From NCBI RefSeq assembly GCF_028368995.1, contig NZ_JAQNDL010000003.1, positions 1,120,001 through 1,184,000 of the forward strand: 64,000 nucleotides of DNA, in the 5' to 3' direction. The position numbers were made by a program, and so were the translations under genes. Source of the stretch: Nannocystis bainbridge. GTDB taxonomy: Bacteria > Myxococcota_A > Polyangia > Nannocystales > Nannocystaceae. Shown here piece by piece: positions 40,670 to 55,771 of this stretch; position 1 is the first letter of the stretch; the number at the start of each line of letters is the position of its first letter. The notes beneath the pieces are model-generated. The model had not been told where the DNA came from and ran no database searches. It was given only the letters and a program-made list of their open reading frames with translations.

Positions 40670-41863
40670 ATGGTGCCTCGCCCCTTCCTTCTCCTCTTCG
40701 TGCAGCTCTGTCTCGTGGCGTGTAGTGGCGGGGGGGGCGGCATGACGGAGTCCGGCGGCACGACCACGATCACCACCCTGGCGCCCACCAGCCAGACCGG
40801 GAGCTCCACGGACACGCCGACCAGCACCTCGTCGTCGTCGACCGGAGCGACCACCGCCGACGAAGCGACCTCCGACACCGCCACCGCCGGCACGACCATG
40901 AACGACGGGCCGAAGCTCGACCTGCCTGACGGCGAGACCGACACCGGCGGGCTCGGCGGCTGCAAGAAGGCCGATTTCCTGTTCGTGGTCGACGCCTCGG
41001 GGTCGATGAGCAACGAGCAGGCCAGCCTGGTCGCCTCGTTCCCCGGCTTCATCGCCACGATCACGCGGACGCTGAGCGCGAGCGACTATCACATCATGGC
41101 CGTGTCGACGGACGACGGGATGAACACCGGCGTCAACAGCCAGTGCATGATGGGCGGCCTGTGCACCTGCACGCCCGCGCCCACCTGCTGCGAGATCTCC
41201 TGCGAGTCGGGCACGACCTGCAACGGCGCCCCTTGCGACGACCTGCCGATCGGCCCGTGCGACTACAAGTACGGAAGCGGCCGGCTGTTCGACGCCGGCG
41301 GCAAGTCGTGCATGCTCGCCGCGGACCGCCGGTACATGCTCGCCACCCAGCCGGACATCGCCGACACCTTCGGGTGCATCGCCGACGTCGGCACCTACGG
41401 CAGCGGCGACGAGAAGCCGATGCTCGCCGCCATCAAGGCGGTCAGCGACGCGCAGAACGGCCCCGGGGCGTGCAACGAGGGGTTCTTGCGGGACGACGCG
41501 ATCCTCGTCCTCACCTTCATCACCGACGAGGAAGACGACGTCGGCGACATGAACAACGGCTCGCCCGGCGGGCCGCAGCAGTGGTACGAGGCGATGGTGG
41601 CGGCCAAGGGCGGCGACCCGGAGGCGGTCGTGGTCCTCGGCCTGGTCGGCGACAGCAATCTCCCCGGCGGCGTGTGCCTCCCGGACGTCGACCCGAACAT
41701 GAACGGCAACGGAGCCGAGGCGGCGCCGCGCCTGCAGAGCTTCGTCGGGATGTTCCCGAACGGCGTGCTCGGCAGCGTCTGCGCCCCCGAATACACGCCC
41801 TTCTTCATCGACGCGGTCGACGTCATCGACCTCGCCTGCGACAACTTCGAGCCGCCGCGCTGA
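40670..41863 (+). CDS. vWA-like (MIDAS) lipoprotein with Thr/Ser linker
   Basis: Lipobox LVAC; DFLFVVDASGSM (DxSxS), FLRDDAILVLTFITDEED; Cys-rich insert. Confidence 0.8.
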   Translation: MVPRPFLLLFVQLCLVACSGGGGGMTESGGTTTITTLAPTSQTGSSTDTPTSTSSSSTGATTADEATSDTATAGTTMNDGPKLDLPDGETDTGGLGGCKKADFLFVVDASGSMSNEQASLVASFPGFIATITRTLSASDYHIMAVSTDDGMNTGVNSQCMMGGLCTCTPAPTCCEISCESGTTCNGAPCDDLPIGPCDYKYGSGRLFDAGGKSCMLAADRRYMLATQPDIADTFGCIADVGTYGSGDEKPMLAAIKAVSDAQNGPGACNEGFLRDDAILVLTFITDEEDDVGDMNNGSPGGPQQWYEAMVAAKGGDPEAVVVLGLVGDSNLPGGVCLPDVDPNMNGNGAEAAPRLQSFVGMFPNGVLGSVCAPEYTPFFIDAVDVIDLACDNFEPPR

Positions 41864-41918
41864 CCGGCGAGCGCGCCACGCGGGCGCGCCGTCGGAGAGC
41901 CGTCGGAGAGCATGACGG

Positions 41919-41976
41919 TGCTTCTCGCCCCAGAACAGAGCCTCGGCGGACTCGTCTGAGGGTACGTCGCCGTCCG
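41919..41976 (-). repeat. 58-bp orphan copy of an internal segment of the trypsin-like gene
   Basis: The reverse complement matches 17894-17951 at 54/58 nt by eye (DGDVPSDESAEALFWGEK vs DGDVPTDESAEALFWGEK). Confidence 0.9.
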
Positions 41977-42066
41977 CGAACGCGAGGGTCGATTTGCGGC
42001 ATCGCGCCACGCGGCGCCGCGGTCTTTGCGGCCCGATTTAATTTTTGAGAAATCATTCCACGCTCG

Positions 42067-42094
42067 GCAATTGATCCCCGTCCGACCGGCACTA
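42067..42094 (+). promoter_or_regulatory. Third GCAATTG-N17-ACTA element, no convincing downstream gene
   Basis: GCAATTG-atccccgtccgaccggc-ACTA, preceded by AATTTTTGAG. Close to the 21837-21864 copy, including spacer bases. Confidence 0.4.
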
Positions 42095-42592
42095 GCCCCG
42101 TGGACGACCAGCAGAGCGCGATCGGGCGGGACCGGCGGTCTCGCGCCGAAACCTCATTGCGTCACGATGGCCGCCGACTGCCGAGCTCCGCGTGCATCCT
42201 TCACCCGCGAACCATTCACCTCCCACGGCCCCTGCCTGGCCCGATTCGTCGGCTCGTCCGCGATCGATCTCGACGCCCCGGGCGCCCGAATCGGGGTCAC
42301 GCCGACGGCGAAGCCGCGCCGCGGCGAAACCGCCGCCCGCGCGACAAAACGGCCGACCGCCGGATCTGCCCGGCGCCGGGGCGTTCCCCTCGATCGTGCC
42401 ACCGTGATCACCCGCTCTGGCCGCGGCAGCCCCCGCGATTCATCATAGTATGAATCGCGCGCGGCGCCGTCGACGCGAACTGCCAGCGGCGGCGCCTCGG
42501 CCGGCAGGCGGACGACTGTCACGTTTGTCCGCGAAAACGCGAATCACCGCAGCGCGCCTCGGCGCGCCGCGGTGATTCGTGGCACTCGGCGC

Positions 42593-43282
42593 TCAGACGC
42601 GCCCGGAGAAGAACGCGGTGCAGCCGACCGTGAACAGCTCGTAGCGGGAGAAGCTGCGCTTCAGCGCGGCCTCGAGGCCCGGGAGCGTGTCCCAGCGATT
42701 CGACATGGCGCCCGAGCGTTGATACACGTCGAGGGCCAGGCGGGCGAAGAAGTGCTTCATCGACAGGTCGTAGAGCAGCGTCGAGCCGAACACCACCCCG
42801 CCGGGGTTCAGGCACGGCTTCAGGTGCTCGAACACGGTGACGGCCTTGTCCTCGATGAGGCCTGGCAGGCAGTGCAGGAGGTAGCTGATGCCGATCGAGT
42901 CGAACTTCTCGGCGATCCGCAGCGGCCGCAGGATGTTGCGGCGGTACAGCGTGACGTCGGCGTAGCGGCGGATCCGCTCGCGCACGAACATCAGGGTGTT
43001 GGGGTTCAGGTCGACCAGCGCGATATGGGGGGACGCCCCGGGAAAGCGGCAATGATCGAGGAAGTACCCCGAACCCACGCCCGCGTCCATGTGCCGGTCC
43101 GTGACGTGCGCGTCGTAGTGTTCCACCATGCGCGCCGTCGGGCAGCGCCACAGCAGGTTGTTGTTGAGGTTCAGGACCAGAAAGTCGTAGCGCGGCAGGA
43201 ACGAGCGGGTGTACGCCGCCTGTCCTGCCTCCGTGGCCATATCGATCGTCTCGGCGACGTCGGAATCGATCGCGTGTTCCAA
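42593..43282 (-). CDS. Class I SAM-dependent methyltransferase (cluster-associated)
   Basis: HMDAGVGSGYF motif I, LVDLNPNTL, FDSIGISYLLHCLPG, LNPGGVVFG; RBS GGAGGT before TTG. Confidence 0.88.
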   Translation of the reverse strand: MEHAIDSDVAETIDMATEAGQAAYTRSFLPRYDFLVLNLNNNLLWRCPTARMVEHYDAHVTDRHMDAGVGSGYFLDHCRFPGASPHIALVDLNPNTLMFVRERIRRYADVTLYRRNILRPLRIAEKFDSIGISYLLHCLPGLIEDKAVTVFEHLKPCLNPGGVVFGSTLLYDLSMKHFFARLALDVYQRSGAMSNRWDTLPGLEAALKRSFSRYELFTVGCTAFFSGRV

Positions 43283-43386
43283 ATGTACCTCCAGCGGCGG
43301 TGTGGTTATCAGCCGTATACAACCAAGTCAAGCGAACGATCCGCGATGCGAGCATGTCGTTTTAAAGCCCCACGAACATGCGTCGC

Positions 43387-43487
43387 ATCGCGCGAATTAA
43401 GGCCTTGCTGGTGGTTCTTGCCTGTGTATATTCCAGCCCCGCCGCGCCCATCATTCGTCGCGGTGCACGCGCGATCGCGCGAATTAA
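43387..43487. promoter_or_regulatory. Two perfect 14-bp direct repeats ATCGCGCGAATTAA in the divergent cluster promoter
   Basis: Copies at 43387-43400 and 43474-43487. Confidence 0.55.
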
Positions 43488-43503
43488 CACAGTGAGCGAC
43501 TGT

Positions 43504-44646
43504 ATGGATTTTCATTGGTCGGAATCGCAAGACGAGCTGTATCGCCGGGCGTTGGAGCTGGCGCGGCGGCACTTCGCCGGGCCGAGCCGCGTCTGGGCCG
43601 ATCACGCTTTTGACCGCGCTCATTGGGACATTTGCGCGGAGTTCGGGCTCATGGGGCTCTGCGTCCCCGAGGCCCACGGCGGCCTCGGATTGGACGCGCT
43701 GACCACCGCCCGCGTGGTCGAGGCATTCGGACGCGGCTGCGAAGACACCGGCCTGGTCTTCTCCGCGGCGGCGCACCTGTTCGCGGCGGTGATGCCGATC
43801 GTCGAATACGGGGACGATCCGCTGAAGGCGGCGCTGCTGCCCGGGCTCGCCCGCGGCGCGGCCATCGGCGCCAACGCCATCACCGAGGGCGAGGCCGGCT
43901 CCGACGCGTTCGCCCTGCGCACCGAGGCCCGCCGCGACGGCGATTTCTACGTCCTCGACGGCGCCAAGAGCTACGTCAGCAACGGCCCGGTCGCCGACGA
44001 ATTCGTCGTCTACGCGACGATGAACCGCAAACACGGCTACCTCGGGATCACGGCATTCGTCGTCGCGCGCGATACGCCCGGGCTCCGGCTCGGCGCGCCG
44101 CTGGCGAAGATGGGCCTCAAGAGCTCGCCCGCGTGCTCGCTCTACCTCGAGAACTGCCGCGTGCCGGTCGGCCGCCGGCTCGGCCGCGAGGGCCAGGGCG
44201 GCGCGGTGTTCCAGGCCTCGATGCAATGGGAGCGCTCGTGCCTGTTCGCCGGCTACGTCGGCATGATGGAGCGCCAGCTCGAGCAGGCCGTCGAGTACGC
44301 GCGCACGCGCCGGCAGGGCGGCAAGCCGATCGGCAAGCACCAGGCGGTCGCGCATCGCCTGGCCGACATGAAGCTGCGGCTCGAGGCGGCGCGCCTGCTG
44401 CTTTACCGGGCCTGCTGGCTGCGCGACCGCGGCGAGCCGGCCGTGGCCGCGGTCTCGCTGGCCAAGCTGGCGGTCAGCGAGGCGGCCCGGCAGTCGAGCC
44501 TCGACGCGATCCAGCTGCACGGCGGGGTCGGCTTCGCCGCCGATTACAACGTGGAGCACATGCTGCGCGACAGCGTGCCGGCGACCCTGTTCTCGGGCAC
44601 TTCGGAGATCCAGCGCGACCTGGTCGCGCGGGAGCTGGGGCTGTGA
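43504..44646 (+). CDS. L-prolyl-PCP dehydrogenase (PltE/RedW-like acyl-CoA dehydrogenase)
   Basis: ANAITEGEAGSD, GAKSYVSNGP, QLHGGVG, FSGTSEIQR; adjacent to a Pro A domain and PCP. Confidence 0.9.
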   Translation: MDFHWSESQDELYRRALELARRHFAGPSRVWADHAFDRAHWDICAEFGLMGLCVPEAHGGLGLDALTTARVVEAFGRGCEDTGLVFSAAAHLFAAVMPIVEYGDDPLKAALLPGLARGAAIGANAITEGEAGSDAFALRTEARRDGDFYVLDGAKSYVSNGPVADEFVVYATMNRKHGYLGITAFVVARDTPGLRLGAPLAKMGLKSSPACSLYLENCRVPVGRRLGREGQGGAVFQASMQWERSCLFAGYVGMMERQLEQAVEYARTRRQGGKPIGKHQAVAHRLADMKLRLEAARLLLYRACWLRDRGEPAVAAVSLAKLAVSEAARQSSLDAIQLHGGVGFAADYNVEHMLRDSVPATLFSGTSEIQRDLVARELGL

Positions 44647-44648
44647 CG

Positions 44649-46160
44649 ATGCAGCTCGCCGACCTCGTGATCTCCGCGGCGCGCTCGCGCGCGGATGCAC
44701 CGGCCGTGATCGGCCCGGACGGGGCTCTGACCTACGGCGAGCTCGACGCGCTCGCCAATCGCCTGGCCCGCGCGCTGGCGCGGCGCGGGGTGGTCGCCGG
44801 CGACCGCGTCGGTTTGTGGCTCGAGAAGTCCGGCCGCGGCGTGGCGGCGATGCAGGCGTGCCTGCGCCTCGGCGCCGTCTACGTGCCGCTCGACCCGCTG
44901 AGCCCCGCGGCCCGCGTCGCCGGCATCCTCGGCGATTGCACGGTGCGCTGCGTCGTCACCACCGAGGCGCGCCGGGCCGCGCTCGCGGCCGCCGACGCGC
45001 CCGCCGAGCTGGCGGTGCTGCACGTCGACAGCGACTGGCACGAGGTCCTGCGCGAGTCCGCCGATTCGCTGCCGCCCCCGGCTCGCGGGCCGGACGACCT
45101 CGCCTACATCCTCTATACATCGGGCTCGACCGGCAAGCCCAAGGGCGTGTGCATCAGCCACCGCAACGCGCTCGCCTTCGTCGAATGGGCCGCCGAGGCG
45201 ATCGCGGCCGATTCGCAGGACCGCTTCGCCAATCACGCGCCGTTCCACTTCGACCTGTCGGTGCTCGACCTCTACGTCGCGTTCCTCGCCGGCGCCGCGG
45301 TCGCGCTGGTGCCCGAGGGGCTGTCGTACGCGCCGCGTCGACTCGTTGAATTCGTCCGCGAGCACGCGATCAGCGTGTGGTATTCGGTGCCTTCGGCGCT
45401 GGCCTTGATGATGGAAGTGGGCGAGCTGTCCGCCGCCGCCGCGCCGACGCTGCGGGCGATCCTGTTCGCCGGCGAGCCGTTCCCGATCAAGCCGCTGCGG
45501 CGCTTGCGGGCCGGCTTCCCCGCGGCGCGCCTCTTCAACTTGTACGGGCCGACCGAGACCAATGTCTGCACCTATCACGAGGTCACCACGCTGGCCGACG
45601 ATCGCAGCGCGCCGGTCCCGATCGGTCGCGCCTGCTCGGGCGACGAGGTGTGGGCGGTGCGCGCCGACGGCGAGCGCGCCGGGCCGGGCGAGGAGGGCGA
45701 GCTCATCGTCGCCGGCCCGACGGTGATGCTCGGCTATTGGGGGCAGCCGCCCCAGCGCGGGCCCTACGCCACCGGCGACATCGTCCGTGGCGACGACGCC
45801 GGCGAATACACGTACATCGGCCGGCGCGATCACATGGTGAAGATCCGCGGCCACCGCGTCGAGCTCGGCGACATCGAGGCCGCGCTGCTGCAGCACCCGG
45901 ACATCCGCGAGGTCGCGGTGGCCGTGCGCGGGGCCGGCATCGACGCCCGCCTGCACGCCTTCGTGGTCGCCCCGCCGCCGGCTGAATTGTCGCTGCTCGG
46001 CCTCAAGCGCCACTGCGCCGAGCGACTGCCCAGATACATGATCGTCGACGACTTCACCCCGGTCACCGCCTTGCCGCGGACCGGCAACGGCAAGGTCGAC
46101 CGCCTCGCGCTGGCGCGGCTGGCGGCGGCCTCGTCTTCCACCTCCGGAGAGCAGCCATGA
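44649..46160 (+). CDS. Stand-alone L-proline adenylation enzyme (PltF/RedM-like)
   Basis: YILYTSGSTGKPKG, FDLSVLD, NLYGPTETNVC, TGD, NGKVDR. Specificity residues read by eye as DLLYLALVCK, the pyrrole-pathway Pro code. Confidence 0.9.
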   Translation: MQLADLVISAARSRADAPAVIGPDGALTYGELDALANRLARALARRGVVAGDRVGLWLEKSGRGVAAMQACLRLGAVYVPLDPLSPAARVAGILGDCTVRCVVTTEARRAALAAADAPAELAVLHVDSDWHEVLRESADSLPPPARGPDDLAYILYTSGSTGKPKGVCISHRNALAFVEWAAEAIAADSQDRFANHAPFHFDLSVLDLYVAFLAGAAVALVPEGLSYAPRRLVEFVREHAISVWYSVPSALALMMEVGELSAAAAPTLRAILFAGEPFPIKPLRRLRAGFPAARLFNLYGPTETNVCTYHEVTTLADDRSAPVPIGRACSGDEVWAVRADGERAGPGEEGELIVAGPTVMLGYWGQPPQRGPYATGDIVRGDDAGEYTYIGRRDHMVKIRGHRVELGDIEAALLQHPDIREVAVAVRGAGIDARLHAFVVAPPPAELSLLGLKRHCAERLPRYMIVDDFTPVTALPRTGNGKVDRLALARLAAASSSTSGEQP

Positions 46161-46420
46161 GCAATTCCCCCGCCACCCACGACATCGAGCAAGCCCTCAA
46201 ACAATACGTCGCCCGCGAGATCCTCGACGGCAAGGACATCGGCCTCGACGCCGACACGCCGCTGCTCGAGTGGGGAGTGATCAATTCACTGGAGATCGCG
46301 CGGCTGCTCGGGTTCGTGCGCGAGCAATTCGGGGTGGTCGTGCCGCTCGAGTCGGTGACCGCCGAACACTTCAAGGACCTGCGCGCGCTGACCGGATTGG
46401 TCGCCTCGCTCAAGGGCTGA
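46157..46420 (+). CDS. Prolyl/pyrrolyl carrier protein (PltL-like)
   Basis: 87 aa, LLEWGVINSLEI phosphopantetheine site, ATGA-coupled to the A enzyme. Confidence 0.88.
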   Translation: MSNSPATHDIEQALKQYVAREILDGKDIGLDADTPLLEWGVINSLEIARLLGFVREQFGVVVPLESVTAEHFKDLRALTGLVASLKG

Positions 46421-46458
46421 ATCGGGGCAGGCCCGGTCGCCGCCATCGCACCGCCGCG

Positions 46459-46484
46459 TCCGCGGCGGCGCGCGGAGTTTATTT
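46459..46484 (+). terminator. Possible intrinsic terminator/attenuator between PCP and halogenase
   Basis: TCCGCG-gcggcg-CGCGGA stem followed by GTTTATTT; a competing stem CCGCCGC/GCGGCGG at 46451-46468. Confidence 0.3.
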
Positions 46485-46507
46485 GTCTGCAGTGGAGCGA
46501 ATGTTCA

Positions 46508-47854
46508 ATGTCGAACGTGGATTTTGATGTCGGGATCATCGGCGGCGGGCCGGCCGGGTCGGCCACCGCCTCTTATCTGGCGCGCGCGGGCCTCAAGTGC
46601 GTCGTCTTCGAGCGCGAGCTGTTCCCGCGGCCGCACGTGGGCGAGAGCCTGGTGCCGGCGGCGACGCGGGTGTTCAAGGAGATCGGGTTCCTCGACACGC
46701 TCGAGAACGCCGGCTTCCCCAAGAAGTACGGCGCCGCCTGGACCTCGGCCGACCGCGCGCCGGTCTACGCCATGCAGTTCGAGGGCCTCGCGGCCGATTG
46801 CCACGTCGACATCCGCTTCGAGGAGCGCGAGCAGGCCGGCGTCGACCGCAACTACACCTTCCACGTCGACCGGGCCAAGTTCGACCTGATGCTGCTGCAG
46901 CACGCGCACCAGCTCGGCGCCGAGGTCTACGAGGGCGTGCGCGTGCGCGGCGTCGACCTGTCCGATCCGACCCAGCCGACGGTCCACTTCAAGCTCGGCC
47001 AGCAGGACATCCGCACCCGCGTGCGCATGGTGATCGACGCCAGCGGTCGGCATACGCTGCTCGGCAACCAGCTCAAGCTCAAGGTGCTGGACCCGGTGTT
47101 CAATCAATACGCCCTGCACACCTGGTTCGAGGGCTACGACCGCGACCGCCTGGCCCATGGCCGCGGCCAGCCGGAGTACATCTTCATTCACTTCCTGCCG
47201 CTCACCAACACCTGGGTGTGGCAGATCCCGATCTCCGAGTCCGTCACCAGCATCGGCGTCGTCACCCAGAAGTCGAACTTCGCCAAGAGCCGGCTCGACC
47301 GCGAGCAGTTCTTCTGGGAGTGCCTGCAGAGCCGCCCCGAGCTGTACGAGGGCCTGCGCGCCGCCCGGCAGGTCATGCCGCTCAAAGAGGAGGGCGACTA
47401 CAGCTACGCCATGCGCGAGATCTGCGGCGACGGGTTCGCCCTCGTCGGCGACGCCGCGCGCTTCGTCGACCCGATCTTCTCGAGCGGCGTCAGCATCGCG
47501 CTCAACAGCGGTCGGCTGATCTCGCACGACATCCTGGCCGCCGCCGAGCGCGGTGATTTCCGCCGCGACAGCTTCCGCACCTTCGAGACGCTGATGCGCC
47601 GCGGCACCCGCAATTGGTACAACTTCATCAACCTCTACTACCGCCTCAACGTGCTGTTCACCGCGTTCGTGCAGGACCCGCGGCACCGCATCGACGTGCT
47701 CAAGCTGCTGCAGGGCGACATGTACGACGAGGACGAGCCGGCCGTGCTCACCGAGATGCGGCGGATCGTCACCGAGGTCGAGCGCAACGATCAGCACATC
47801 TGGCACAAGTACCTCGGCTCGCTGACTTCGTCGGCGTTCTCGTCGGTGCTGTGA
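46508..47854 (+). CDS. FAD-dependent halogenase (PltA-like, carrier-bound pyrrole)
   Basis: GGGPAG, FPRPHVGESL, FPKKYGA (catalytic Lys region), WVWQIP (WxWxIP), GDAARFVDPIFSSGV. Confidence 0.93.
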   Translation: MSNVDFDVGIIGGGPAGSATASYLARAGLKCVVFERELFPRPHVGESLVPAATRVFKEIGFLDTLENAGFPKKYGAAWTSADRAPVYAMQFEGLAADCHVDIRFEEREQAGVDRNYTFHVDRAKFDLMLLQHAHQLGAEVYEGVRVRGVDLSDPTQPTVHFKLGQQDIRTRVRMVIDASGRHTLLGNQLKLKVLDPVFNQYALHTWFEGYDRDRLAHGRGQPEYIFIHFLPLTNTWVWQIPISESVTSIGVVTQKSNFAKSRLDREQFFWECLQSRPELYEGLRAARQVMPLKEEGDYSYAMREICGDGFALVGDAARFVDPIFSSGVSIALNSGRLISHDILAAAERGDFRRDSFRTFETLMRRGTRNWYNFINLYYRLNVLFTAFVQDPRHRIDVLKLLQGDMYDEDEPAVLTEMRRIVTEVERNDQHIWHKYLGSLTSSAFSSVL

Positions 47855-47873
47855 TTCGCCGCGCGAGGATCCC

Positions 47874-50158
47874 ATGGTCACGCCCGCGCTCGAGCCCGTC
47901 GCCGTGGTCGGCCTCGGCTGCCGCTTCCCCGGCGCCCCCGACCCTACCGCCTACTGGTCGCTGCTGCGCGCCGGTCGTCACGCGATCGTCGGCGTCCCGC
48001 CGTCGCGCTGGGACGCCGCGGCGCTCCACGACGCCGACCCGCAGCGACCCGGGCGCACGCTGTGCCGCAGCGGCGGCTTCTTGCCCGAGGTGGACGGCAT
48101 CGACTGGCGGGCCCTGCGGCTGTCGCCGCGCGAGGCCAGGGCGATCGATCCGCAGCACCGGCTGCTGCTCGAGGTCGCCTGGGAGGCGCTCGAGGACGCC
48201 GGCCTCCCGCTCGAGGCGGTCGCCGGCAGCCGCACCGGCGTGTTCGTCGGCGCGACCTGGAACGACTACGCGCGCATGCAGTCGCGCGACCGCGACCGCC
48301 TCGACGGCTACGCGGCCGCCGGCACGCCGATGGCCTTCGCCGCCAACCGGATCTCCTTCACCTTCGACCTGCGCGGCCCCAGCGTCGCCCTCGACGCCAC
48401 CTGCTCGGCCTCGCTGGTCGCGCTGCATCAGGCCTGCCAGAGCCTGTGGAGCGGCGACAGCACGCTGGCGCTGGCCGGCGGCGTCAACCTGATCCTCGCG
48501 CCCGACAGCGCGATCATCATGTCCAAGGCCGGCGTGCTGTCGGCCCAGGGCTTGTGCCGGGCGCTCGACGCCGACGCCGACGGGTTCGTGCGCGGCGAGG
48601 GTGCCGGCCTGGTGGTGCTCAAGCTGCGCTCGCAGGTGACCGCGAGCGACCGCGTGTACGCCTACGTGCGCGGCGTCGCCATCAACCACAACGGGCGCGG
48701 GCCGTGGATCATGGCCCCGCGCGCCGAGGCCCAGACGGCGGCGATCCGCGACGCCCTGGCCCGCGCCGCCGTCGACCCGGCCGAGGTCGACTACGTCGAG
48801 CTCCACGGCACCGGCTTCCCCCAGGGCGACGCCACCGAGACCGCCGCGCTCGGGGCGGCCCTCGGTGGGGCGGCGCGCGGCCGGCCCTGCGCCGTCGGCT
48901 CGGTCAAGACCAACATCGGCAACCTCGAGCCCGCCGCCGGGGTCGCCAGCCTGATCAAGGTGTGCCTGGCGCTGCACCACGGCGAGCTGCCGCCGACGCT
49001 GCACCTCGAGCGGATCAACCCGGCGATCGACCTCGCGGGCCTCGGCCTCGCGGCGCAGACCGAGACGACCGCCTGGCCGCGGCGCGCGCGGGCGCGGGTG
49101 GCCGCGGTGACGACGACTTCGTTCAGCGGGGTCAACGCTCACGCGGTGCTCGGCGAGGCCGAGCCAGCCGCGGCCCTGCCGGCGCCGCGCGGCCTGCTGC
49201 CGCTCCCGCTGTCGGCCCGCGATGCGCAGGCGCTGCGGGCCCGCGCCGCCGCGACGATCGAGCAGCTGCGAGGGCTCGAGTCGGATGACGCCGCGGCGCT
49301 GCGGGACGTCTGCTTCACCGCCGCGCTGCTGCGCAGTCACCACGCTCACCGCGTGGCGGTGATCGGCGATAGCGCTCCAGCCCTGGCCGACGCGCTGGCG
49401 CGCTGGCTCGCCGGAGCTCCGTCCGCGAACTCCACTGATTCGCCCGCGAACTCCGCTGATTCGCCCGCGAGCACTGCTGATTCGCTCGCGACCTCCGCCG
49501 ATTCGCCCTGCACCGCGACCGGCATCGAAGCGAGCGAGCTGCACCGGCTGATCGCCGCCTACAACACCGGCGCGGCGATCGACTGGCGCCCGCTGGTGCC
49601 GGCGGGCCGCTGCGTATCGCTGCCGACCTACCCGTGGCAGCGCGAGCGCATGTGGCTCGAGTGGCTCGCCACCCCGCCGGCCGTGGACGCCGAATCAGAG
49701 AATCCCGAAAAGATCGATATCGACGCCAGCACCGGCGACGACACCGTCGACCCGGTCATCCCGCCCCTGCTCGCCGCCCTGCGCGAAGCCTCGCCGGGGC
49801 TGCGGCGCGCTCGCCTGCTGCAGCACGTCGAGCAGGCCTTGCGGGCCGCGCTCGAGCTGCCCGCTGACCTCCCGATCGGCCCGCACGCCCGCCTGTTCGA
49901 CCTCGGCGTCAGCTCCTTGACCGCGCTCGCCCTGCGGACCCGGTTCCAGCGCGAGCTCGCCTGCGAGCTGCCTCCCACCCTCTTGTTCGACCACCCCAGC
50001 CTCGACGGCCTCGCCGGGCGCCTGCTCGCCGCCGCCTTCCCGGAGCCCGCCGCCGACGCCCCGGTCGACGCCCGCGCTCGCGAGCTCGCCGCGCTCACCG
50101 AGGTCGAGGCCGAGGCCGAGCTGGCCCGCCGACTCGAACACCTCCGGAGGTACTTGCC

Positions 50159-50162
<4 letters not shown>
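47874..50162 (+). CDS. Type I PKS: KS (probably non-elongating) - no AT - ACP
   Basis: DATCSASL, ELHGTGF, KTNIGNLEP (second catalytic His replaced by Asn). KS-AT and post-AT linkers (LPTYPWQRER) are present but the AT is not. ACP FDLGVSSL. Confidence 0.88.
49422..49509 (+). repeat. In-frame 21-bp tandem repeat at the site of the missing AT
   Basis: GATTC recurs at 49437, 49458, 49479 and 49500; codes STDSPAN/SADSPAS. Confidence 0.85.

Positions 50163-55767
<5,605 letters not shown>

Positions 55768-55771
<4 letters not shown>

Noticed and set aside
42100-42453. 117-aa ORF after the third GCAATTG motif
   Set aside because: Arg/Pro-rich non-coding-like composition, no RBS or motif.
43409-43421. 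TGG...TTGC as a sigma54 promoter for the cluster
   Set aside because: GG-to-GC spacing is 8 nt rather than the required 10.
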